A stretch of DNA of 63,290 nt, the filler included, from Basidiobolus ranarum (taxonomy: Eukaryota): assembly GCA_040143965.1 (NCBI GenBank). It is 2 parts of 2 records of this genome, joined end to end, with 100 filler letters (N's around TTAATTAATTAA, not from the genome) between each part and the next. Parts side by side here need not be neighbours in the genome. Positions count along the whole stretch, not along the records: positions 31,835 to 63,290 come from JASJQH010000089.1; 1 more part is not named here. One strand, 5' to 3'. The position numbers and the translations under genes are program-made. Positions within the stretch are counted from its first letter, which is position 1. Each line of letters begins with the position of its first letter. The notes beneath the pieces were generated by a model that did not search any database, was not told where the DNA came from, and saw only the letters and a list, made by a program, of their open reading frames with translations. This document shows positions 50,177 through 63,290 of the stretch, piece after piece.

Positions 50177-51374
50177 ATGTCGGTGGTGTCTAGCTTAATG
50201 CGTAAAAAAGAAGATATTCTACCACGTTGGAAGGTGGGAAAATCGAAGATAAATGTTATCAAGCGTGTGTGAGTTGATATGGAAATAAAGGAACGAGTGG
50301 GTCCAAAATAGACAAGAATATTGGAACAGGAATCTGTGCTTGATGGGGTATAAAAATCCCTCAGAAACAAGAACGGATCGAAATTTTGATCTCGATTTCA
50401 CGTTGAGCCAAGGTGAGTGGCAGGGTGGGTGAAGAATGTTATTGAGCACAACAATAGGATGTTTAACGAAAATATAAGGAATGCTAGACTGGGGAGGGAG
50501 AGCGAGTGAGAGAAGGGTGAGTCGTAGAGCAAAGCTCATAGATCTTGCAATATTCAGTTCTAGATTCATTTCTCAAGAATCAGTCAACTTCGGTTTGGTA
50601 AAATCGATTTATTCAAATGTTCCAGAGATTAACCAATGGCTCTGAAGATAAGACTGATGCCAATCTAAGACCTAGAAGGGACCATGACAGCATCAGTTTC
50701 ATTGGGCGAAGTGTATCAGCCGAAATAACTTCTTTGGTTACTTCAACCCCACGGCATGTCTAAGCCATGTTAATTCTCATACAATAGGGTCACGACAACA
50801 GTTCTAAGAGGGAGTGGTGTTAGCTATTTTCTCACCTTAATCAACTAGATTGTGGCATGGTGAGAGTGGATTTGCAGCTGATTAAATGCTTTCAAAAAAG
50901 AGTTTTATTCTATATCCCAATTTACTTGCAACAATGAGCACCGTTTTCAATAGAAGTATGCAGAGAGTTCCTTCCTTCACACAGACAACATAAACATAGA
51001 GACATGCCTGAGCCTATATTCATCACTCCCATACGACGTGAGATTCGAAAAGAGGATTGCGTTACCGACGGAGGGGTTTTAGGATAATTCTGAGCCACAC
51101 ATACTCACTCGAACCAAGAGAGCACTACTTTTGTTGAGTTGCGTATAGTTGACAAGAATAACCGAGGCTATGACTCCCATTCATTACTTATGGATAGAAG
51201 AGAATATGGTAGATTTTTATCTAGTGTTTCAAACAATTGGGGCAGAATGAGGCAGTATTATTTTACAAAGTTGTCGATTCTGGCAATGACTCATTTCAAA
51301 ACCAGAATGTATAAAGTCTAAGAATGACATTGCTCAAATGACTATACTTATAAAGGTACAATGTTATCTCAAAC

Positions 51375-53265
51375 TTAAAGGTCTCTACGAGCACGCCCAC
51401 GCAACATCTCCGTGATCGATTGAGTTCTTAGGGGTCTATTAAATGGTAGATTTCTACGCCTTTGTCTTCGCTCATGTATCTCTTCCTCCACATTGATTTC
51501 CACAAACTTTCGCTTCTGTGATTTATCCTTCCAAGTTCTACCACAAGATTATCAGTAAACGTGGGGTCTCTCCACCATAACTAACATACGCTACTTACTG
51601 TTGCCGATTTGTGCGCTCTTCAACTTCTGGTGGTGAGAGTAAACGGATTGCCAAGGCTGAAACTATGTTGTCCATAGTAGTGGATGGTATGGGTGAGCTA
51701 CAAGATCAATGAAGTTAGAACAAATTGGAAGCATGCAATCTTAGCAGTCCACTTACTCTTTAAATTGAACCCGACACGAAGGGCATTGTGGAGTCTTCAG
51801 GAAATGAGTTAGAATAGAAAGCATTCATAAACAGACAAGATGGATACATACCTCATTCGCCGATATCCACTCCGATATACACTCCCCACAAAATATATGT
51901 CCACATCTAAGATAACAAACATATTAGAACAGTTGCGTACAGAAGCAGCATGGCGAGATAAGCTTACGGGTTCAAAAAATGAGCAGATACAAGGTATTCC
52001 CAACAAATAGCACACGTGATCTCTGACTCCAACTCTTTGAAACACAGCTTATCTTCTTTGCTTGGGATGTTCTGAACATCAGCATCCTCTTGTATTTCAA
52101 GAGTGGGTGTTTCTTTCAATGCAACGGGCGTTGGAGGACTAATGATTTCTTTAGCTTTTCCTTCCTTCTTTTCTGATACCAATTCAGCCTGATCTTCGGT
52201 CAAGAGAGTCCCCTGTTTTGAAAGGAGTGGTTGCGATTCCAAGGGTGTAGGAATTTTCAAATCGAACTTGTACTCTTGGGAAAAGTATCCCTCCGAAATT
52301 TCTGAACTTAAATCAATAAACCTCTCTTCTGGTGGATTCTCATGACGAGAAGATTCTACTTTTGGTTCTAAATTTTGATCGGTCATCAGTTGCGGACTTT
52401 TAAGCTGTGAAATAGGGTGGTGATTAGCGGGAACGTTGAGGCTGGCTTGGTCTTTACTATTATTTGAGTCGAACAGATTAGAGGATATTGGTTTACTTAG
52501 TAGCGTACGTTTTTGTTGAGAAGATGAATTATTTCCATTAAGTTGATGTTTGACCCGACTATCTTGTTGTACAGTTGATATAGCGAAATTATTTTTGGAT
52601 GTACCAGAATGAAATGGGTCTTCCGAAGGTTCCGACTTTCTAATATTTGAGGTGCTTGATTCGGTTCTATGAATGAAAAGTTCTGGTTTCTTTAATTTCT
52701 TTGTAAAAACCAAGTCAGGCTGTTGATCTTCAGTTATATTGGCCATATTGTATAAACCGTTCCAAAATTTGTTTTGTGAGGGGCTTTCTACTGGTTTACA
52801 AATAGGTGAAGAGGAGGGGATTTCCACCAAATGATTCGTTGGGTTGTTTCGTCTGGAGTTTTTCGGAGTGGATAGGTCAAAAAGTTGTGAGGTACCTTGT
52901 TCTTTTCTAGTAATGCTGCAATGATAGTAGAAAGGTGTATCTGGTATGCTTACTTTCTGACCAGGTTTTAAACCACCACCACCACCAAAGGCAACAATGT
53001 CATTATCTTGAAGTTTGTTTCGCTGGTTTGGAATGATCTTGACGTGGTTTATCAGAGTACCATTGGTGCTACCAAAGTCAATTATATAGTAAGTACCGTT
53101 ATCGAAGTGAATCTCTGCATGATGTCTTGAAATGATGTTCGATTGAAAGACATAGTGTTTCGTTTTATCTCTTCCAAAACTTAAAAAGTCATTCTCCATC
53201 AGAATAACCTTTGGAGTTTTTGAGTGAACAGTTGTTTGGTTTGGTAACAGATTGAGCGTCAACAT
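51375..53265 (-). CDS. FHA + RING-HC E3 ubiquitin ligase (RNF8/CHFR-like), 5 exons
   Basis: FHA: FGR...ISRHHAEI...DFGSTNGTLIN. Spliced RING: CAICWEYLVSAHFLNP/CGHIFCGECISEW...CPSCR, followed by MDNIV. Confidence 0.88.
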
Positions 53266-53974
53266 TGAGTACGCACACTACGTTTAAGGGTAAAATCACC
53301 TTCCGAGTAGCGTTTAGTAAAGTCAAAGCTTTCACTCTCCGTAGAAAGAAAAGAGAAAATATAGACTATTCTTTGAGTAAGGATACTCACTAAAAGAGGT
53401 TAGCTTTCTCTATATACACAAATTGAACAGTTGAATAAAAACCAGACTTTTAATTGAAAACCGAACTGTCTAAATTATCTCAAAAAGATACCTCCTCGAG
53501 AATCAATGGTAAACAACATCATCATACAATCAATTGCTAAATTTGGCATTATGTGTAGCTTCACAATAAAAATATATTTCATGAGTCGAGAGTAATCACA
53601 ATCAATCCCACAAGTACCTAAATTTAATGTATAGGATACCTTTATAAGCCGGTAAAGCCATTACATGTCGTGTTGATACGAGTCGAGAGAAAGTTAGCAA
53701 TCCCCTCGATAAGGACGGAAGTGGCACAACAGTGCCTTTAATAACACGTGTGTTAAGACAATAGCTATTCCTCTATGAGGATGGCATCTTAGCAGTTTTT
53801 TTTGACTCCACTGTCACATCATGAAATTTTGTTTACACTTTATAATACGTATACATATATATAGTACTCTAGCCATAACGGTTTATAAGTATTAGGCAAA
53901 GATTGGTTTATTATTGGTATTTACAAGGAAAAATATACGTATTAGTAGGGTATAAGACAAATAAAACCATCCTC

Positions 53975-55012
53975 TCATTGGAATATGGATTTTATGTGAT
54001 TCTCTTGTCGGAATATTGAGGTATTTGTTGGAGTCTCAGCAAGTAATTTGGTGTTTACTTTTGAGGGAGATTTCACTAGACTTTCTTTGGTAGTTTCATT
54101 CAAACGAATCAGAAGATCTGTGAACGAATGATCAACCCAAGAGGGGATGGGACTATCATGCTCCGAGTTCCAAGTACTATATACACATCCAAAGCTATGG
54201 TGTAAAGGATCTGTCACGTCCAAGTAAACTTTGTATCCAGTATTCTGACTAGAGTACACGCAGAGGAAACGCCGAGCACGACCTTCCGTAAGCAAGACGC
54301 TAGGTTGATAAAGTTTCATCGTTTCAATGGTTTTTTTGGTCTTGACGTGGTCTAATTCATCTAGTTCCGTGATTTGTACTCCCTCGCATTTTGCCTCTCG
54401 GGAAAAGGAGAGAAAGTGGTGAAGTTTGTGTGAGTGATTCAATAAGAAATGTACATAGTCCATGGGCAAAGAGATATCTAAGCGGTGTTCCAGTCGGATT
54501 ACATCTTCCATGGTGGGAGGACTGAAAATCTTCATCATTCCATTGGGGTGCTTCATAAAGCAAGAAGGGCGTGTAGTATGTGGATCATTCTCTCTAATAC
54601 AGCGACGGAACTGACACTCCTCGACAATTCCTTCGATAGCTCTCCGTTGCCTATCTCTAATTTGGCTAAGCAAGAAAAATAGATTATTTACTGCGTACAC
54701 TTTGGCGAGCACAGGAGCAGGCTCCAAACGATGTATGGTGTCAGTATGCTTGTAAATGGCAGAAGCAGGGACGCCAAGTTGTAGAGATGGCTTCTGAGTA
54801 GCGCGCGCTAACATGATTGGATCATTAGAGTCGCATTCGGCAACTATCAAGGAAGTAAGAAGGTTCTCTCTTTCTTGGATCACTAGGCGAACAAAGTATG
54901 AAAAAGCAGAGTTAACATGGACCAGTGAAGCCAACGTTGAATTGTCTACAAAGCCCAACGTATGAACTAGAATTTCGCTTGGTAGCAATAGCAAGGAACT
55001 GGGAGGGAGCAT
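53975..55012 (-). CDS. F-box protein with SMI1/KNR4-like domain, intronless
   Basis: N-terminal LLLLPSEILVHTLGFVD..TLASLVHVNSAF (F-box-like). Central PPTMEDVIRLEHRLDISLPMDYVHFL...FGCVY...SFTDLL (SMI1/KNR4-like). Confidence 0.7.
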   Translation of the reverse strand: MLPPSSLLLLPSEILVHTLGFVDNSTLASLVHVNSAFSYFVRLVIQERENLLTSLIVAECDSNDPIMLARATQKPSLQLGVPASAIYKHTDTIHRLEPAPVLAKVYAVNNLFFLLSQIRDRQRRAIEGIVEECQFRRCIRENDPHTTRPSCFMKHPNGMMKIFSPPTMEDVIRLEHRLDISLPMDYVHFLLNHSHKLHHFLSFSREAKCEGVQITELDELDHVKTKKTIETMKLYQPSVLLTEGRARRFLCVYSSQNTGYKVYLDVTDPLHHSFGCVYSTWNSEHDSPIPSWVDHSFTDLLIRLNETTKESLVKSPSKVNTKLLAETPTNTSIFRQENHIKSIFQ

Positions 55013-56287
55013 CGTTGATTTGGAAATATGGTGGAATAATAATGAAAGATGGCCATCAGCTCGGTTATAAAGGATTCTAGATTAACCGCCACCAAGTCAT
55101 CTAAAATGAGCCAACGAATACAATTATTAATAACTCATGTTAAATATAGGTGACCATGACAAATTAGATAATTTTCGTTGACACTTTTCTTCCTATTTTG
55201 GATGTTCTGTTCGAAGTGGGTTTCCATAGAATCAACAGTCTAACTGACAATTGAGAATCCTAATTTGGGAATTTCTTTCAGTCTCAGATGGGACACGCTC
55301 CTTTCACACACAGATGAGACCATGGCACTCAAATAGAAATAAGCAGATATAATCTCATTAGCTCTGTACCTCAACCATCCGGAATTTAATTCAAGTAGCA
55401 TACATACACCTGTGTGTCATTGTGTGTATTAATGATTTACCTGCATTGCGTGTATTAGTTTTTAGCTGTGCTTATTGTTAGTACTTACCGATCTTAGTGA
55501 CGGGATTGTTGGATTTAAGATTAGGACTAGGCCTGTCCTCGTATGGGCTTTGGAGGTTAGGTTTATCCTGGGATGGCTTTGATTGATGATTGATCTACTC
55601 TTTCTTCTTAGGGTTAGGGTTAGAATTCACTGATTTTCTAGTAACCAAATCTCTGACAAATACCGTGTCACAACCGATGACTAAATTGGCATACACGTTT
55701 TAAGCGAAAGGAAGTGAAGGGAAGAATTCCCAATAGAAACAGCGGTCTCAGGATCACTCCTCGCTCCAGTCACAACATGTAACCTGGAAATTGCTCTAAT
55801 TGATTGGATGCTTTGACATGTTATCTCACGCTCTATGTTGGCTATTTTCCTAAGCCATCTTGTTATTACGTGACTAGAGTTCCCCTGAGCGTAATTGTTG
55901 ACATCTTCATTATCATGACATACTGACATTCACTCACATATGATCAAGAATGTGTCAAGGGCAAACGGGGTTAGGTGAAAGTGTAGATTATTGCCGAAAC
56001 AATCATACGTCAATCTATGGGTCTATGGGATTAAGATCTCGGCAACTAGACTGGATTTCACATTAATCAACTGAATGTTACTATTCTCGTATAATTGTTC
56101 CTTTTCCATCTCCACTTGGTGAAGGTGTCTTTTACAAGTGAATTATTCATTGTTAAACCATTTTGCTTTTGATAGAACACTCTTGAATGCGTTTATGAAA
56201 AATTAGTTAAAATAGCTTTTTGTGGAATTTGAAAGGAAATGGGGATGGGGTGGAGTGGAAGCGGGGGTGCTGATGACTTGAGCCTGC

Positions 56288-59612
<3,325 letters not shown>

Positions 59613-60292
59613 ATGAAAGTTATTCAAGTTGACAAATACTAAGAAATGTCAAAGATCAGTTTATTTTACTGAATGCAAGGGTATGTTGTGAATATTATAC
59701 CTACAAGTAACGTTCGAAAAAACTAAGAATTCAGGAACCAGTTGATATTAGAAGCCAGTAAGGAAGAACTGTAACCATCCGTCATCCTTAACTATGATTG
59801 GCTAAAAAGTATCGATTTAGCATGAAGATAAATAGAGCGACTTTGCTAACAATATAATCTAAATAGCAAATGGCTTGAATTAAATGCGAATTTAGGATAT
59901 TTTAGAGCATAATGATGGAATTTCCCCAATAGGTAACAAGCAAAAGGTAGCATGAATATTGTTTGTAGTTAAATAAAGTGTATGATAGCATTGATGGAGT
60001 GTTTTTGAGAGGTGTCGAATGAGCCTCGGATTGGCAACATCTGCACATGAACCATATATACACCAATATGCCACTTGTAGATGAACGCTACTGACATATT
60101 TTTACAAATAAATTGTGCATCAATAAATTCTTACTTTAGTGAATAGCTTACAAGCGAGAGAAGGAGATAGTTTTATCATAATTAATATCTATACAACAGT
60201 CACATATTGCAAGGTGTCTAAGTATCGCAAACGTTCTCATCTAAATACTGCTTTTTATACAGGGATGGATATATATATAGGATGCTCCCTAA

Positions 60293-61150
60293 CTAGCATG
60301 GTTTAGTTTTGGCCCCATCTGTTTGGCGTTTGTCAGGCTTGCCTATACATTTTCGAGTGTGTCTTTTCACTGCATCCGATCGGCTAAATCCGCGTCCACA
60401 GGTAGAACAAGGAAACCCTTTGGCCGTTAAGTGGGTCAGCATATGCCGTTGTAGGTCATGAATTTTATCAAAGTATTTGTCGCATTCATCACAATGATAC
60501 GGCCTTTCTGGGTCATGTATTCGAAGATGAGTACGCAGTGAGTGAACTGTTGTAAACAGTTTTTTACACTCGCCATACGGACATCTCAATGACGGAATAG
60601 TTTTGTTGTCACATGCAAGAGTTATGTCATTTGAAGACAGTATATGAGAGCTAGCAAGTAAAGAAGCATCTCGGGATGTGTTGTGGAGAGTATTTGATTC
60701 AATGTTAGTAATCGATTCCAAACTATGGCCCATGTCAGTTGATATCAAATGCCTAGGACCTAATGGAAGCACCCCTTGATCGTCAGCTGAATCGTTGGAA
60801 GATGCTTTTCCGGAGTCATCAATTAAGTAGTTGAGAAATACTTGCAGATTTATAAGATCAAGGTCTGGCCAATCGAGAGGATTTACTATACCCTTGCTCG
60901 GTGGCAAATGGGCGTGACTGCTAGAAACTGAAGAGTCAGGAATAGCTTGAGAAGAAGAAATCAAATCTGAAGCTTGACTCGAAGATGGAAATAAGAACAG
61001 AGGAGTCATTTTGGGGTTTGAGCTGGTTGATGACTTATCATCACTTGTGGAAGATAGTTTCAACCAAAGCTCATAGTTAAAGGAGTCAGGTTTTGTATCG
61101 TAAGGTATATGGGGTGGATACGTAGTGAATTGAAGACAGTCAGAATACAT
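60293..61150 (-). CDS. C2H2 zinc-finger transcription factor (3 fingers)
   Basis: CPYGECKKLF...HLRIH, PERPYHCDECDK...HMLTH, CSTCGRGFSRSDAVKRH; S-rich N-terminus. Confidence 0.92.
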   Translation of the reverse strand: MYSDCLQFTTYPPHIPYDTKPDSFNYELWLKLSSTSDDKSSTSSNPKMTPLFLFPSSSQASDLISSSQAIPDSSVSSSHAHLPPSKGIVNPLDWPDLDLINLQVFLNYLIDDSGKASSNDSADDQGVLPLGPRHLISTDMGHSLESITNIESNTLHNTSRDASLLASSHILSSNDITLACDNKTIPSLRCPYGECKKLFTTVHSLRTHLRIHDPERPYHCDECDKYFDKIHDLQRHMLTHLTAKGFPCSTCGRGFSRSDAVKRHTRKCIGKPDKRQTDGAKTKPC

Positions 61151-61268
61151 GGTAGTAAAGTTTAGAGATTTGACGTGTAAGTATATATATAAATATCATT
61201 CACAATCATGCCATGCCATGTATTATTTATTATGATTTATTCCTCACTCAATGTGCGAGTCAGGGTCA

Positions 61269-61319
61269 GGGAAGGTTCGATTCTCCGCATTCTATTCTCC
61301 GCATTCTATTCTCCGCATG
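61269..61319. repeat. Short 14-bp tandem repeat (attctccgcattct), ~3 copies
   Basis: attctccgcattctattctccgcattctattctccgcat upstream of the C2H2 gene. Confidence 0.85.
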
Positions 61320-63122
61320 AATGAAAGTGCCAAAGATTGATAATCTCTAAGTGATGGTCAGCTTTTTACCTGTTTATTTATGTTTATTCCAGCAACTTAT
61401 TCATATACAACAGTCCTAAAAGTGGTAAGATGCCGCTGTTCTAGATCTTTGATAATCTCTCTTTAGGTACTACCAATTGCGAAACTGAGAAACAGTTGAT
61501 TCAAATAATACGTAACATTTATGACGTTAGTTTCGTGTATCCAGTTTCATAAAATTAATATCCAATGCAGATCAGCAATTCAATCTCGATTACAGTCTAA
61601 CATATCTTAACCGCAAGATCAGAGTTGAGAGATATTATCTGACTAGGGAAGTAAAATGAATAGACATAGTTCCTATATAGTCAGCTTAGAAGGGTTAAGC
61701 ATTAAGAAAGAATCCAACTCCTACCTTTAGGGTTATCAATTCATGTTGCCACTCCAAGTGTCATGTTTTGAGCATTGAATAATTATTATGGAACTTAGAG
61801 TCTGGAAGTACTCAATGCCTGCATGGCTTAACGAGTGATATGCAACTACTATGGTGAGTCTATTTTTTCATGAAGATTCAGAGTTAGCACAGGAATCAAG
61901 ATTGCCAAGCGAATGCCGAGATACATTTGATTGGTGTAGGATGAGATATTCTGTGGTCGTCATTCGCATAGGGTGAGGTTGTCATTCTTTACTGTTGATG
62001 TTACTGATAATTCTAGTTCTCTTCTTAATTTGACCATCCAATTGGTAGAAGTTGGGTGTGAGAAAGCAATGGTTAAGCAATGGTTTACAGCCAAGAAATG
62101 GAAGATACCAGAAAATGTAGGATATCACTCAGACAATAATCCCTAAAAGGTATGATTTCAAGACTCATTAGTACTTATATTGTATTAAGCCTGTAAGATT
62201 ACTATTCGAAATACCTGTTTGATTTAGCCAACTGTCAAATCAAACTTTCAGCGCTATTATTATCATAGCGACAAAGCCGAGCCGAAGGTCGTAGACTACC
62301 CCGAGCATTCGGCAATTGGGCACACAGAGTGCATGTTACACTTGATGAACAATCTTTCCCTAGTTACTTTCCTAGTTACTTTCCAGGAACCTTAGTTGTT
62401 ATAGAGCTAGACACACTACTGCAAGCTTGTGGAACGACCAGGATATGTCGACCGATGAATAATCAGTTGTAGGAGTCTTAGTTTGGTAGGAAGCTATGGT
62501 ATATAGTTAGTTCAGCTAAGAGAGAGAAAAATCAATTGCCGAATTCAAATTAGTAGTCACGTATCCTATCACATATTCGTTTCGCCAGGATATAAGCCTG
62601 CTATTACAGAGGTATTTTCAGAGATGTTCTGCTTCAGGATTAATTAGATTCAATCCGGAGCACAATTACATATATAGGATAAACGCAAACAAGCTAGGCG
62701 TGCTAGGTGTATTCCAATCGCATACGCTACAACCCGACGACAAAAGATATGTAACGCTAGTCACGATAAGCATGTAAGAAGTAAAAAGTAGGAACCATAA
62801 AGCGAACAAGAAATAGATATATAAGAAGAAAGCGAGACAGGAAAAAGTGTGACCAAGTCCTCACCTTACATCACGGTAAAAAAATATATACTAACAAAGG
62901 TTAATTTGCACACTTTGGGAAATGATGTGTAATTAGTAGTTTAATTAAATCCTGTGTCGCAACGTTACAACCAGAAGGCTGTTCGCGATCACTATATTAG
63001 ATGTGAATCTTTATTAACTGAGGCGGCGGAGTTCCCCAAAAAGTATATTGCCTGGGATAATGACAGATGTATAAATAGTACAAAGTTCTTCTAACCAAAA
63101 TCAAACTCGAAGAAATCAAACA

Positions 63123-63290
63123 ATGAAAGTTAGTTTCTTGGTAATCTCAACCATCTCCGCCACTTTGTTGTTCGCTCCTTTGAGCAGCTTGGCAGCAGAT
63201 GACAAGGTGGTTGTTGGCTACTATGTCCCTTGGGGTAAGGTTGAGCCCGAACAGTTGAGTCTTGATAAAGTCACCCACATCAACTATGGT
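63123..63290 (+). CDS. Secreted GH18 chitinase, 5' part only (runs off window)
   Basis: MKVSFLVISTISATLLFAPLSSLAA signal peptide, then KVVVGYYVPWG...LDKVTHINYG, typical of the GH18 N-terminus. Confidence 0.85.
   Translation, partial: MKVSFLVISTISATLLFAPLSSLAADDKVVVGYYVPWGKVEPEQLSLDKVTHINYG

Noticed and set aside
61255-61320. GGTTCGATTC B-box / tRNA-like motif (similar one at ~29755)
   Set aside because: No cloverleaf or acceptor stem could be built; it runs into a simple tandem repeat.

Overview
AT-rich eukaryotic DNA from an intron-rich fungus. Short GT-AG introns and the gene content suggest an early-diverging lineage (Zoopagomycota/Mucoromycota-like; inference only). The first ~5.6 kb is a nest of degenerate, CpG-depleted Ty1/copia retrotransposon fragments and LTRs. 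Then follow about 19 protein genes: Mei2-like RRM protein, Bck1-type MAPKKK, MEF2-type MADS-box factor, animal-like SETD7 methyltransferase, RPS27, Icp55 aminopeptidase, an orphan ORF, GST, a secreted intronless bacterial-type CHAP amidase, a class 3 lipase, ABCB1 transporter, a CsbD/Hmp1-like ORF, a 399-aa protein built of 12.6 tandem ~30-aa repeats, PTR2 transporter, casein kinase I, FHA-RING ligase, F-box/SMI1-KNR4 protein, Vps1 and a C2H2 factor. The start of a GH18 chitinase and a probable chitinase/CBM19 pseudogene are also present. A 100-nt artificial spacer at 31735-31834 means the two halves may not be adjacent in the genome. The best novelty candidates are the tandem-repeat precursor-like protein (40774-41973), the secreted CHAP hydrolase (28743-29444) and the fungal SETD7. 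All exon models and family calls were made by eye, without database searches.
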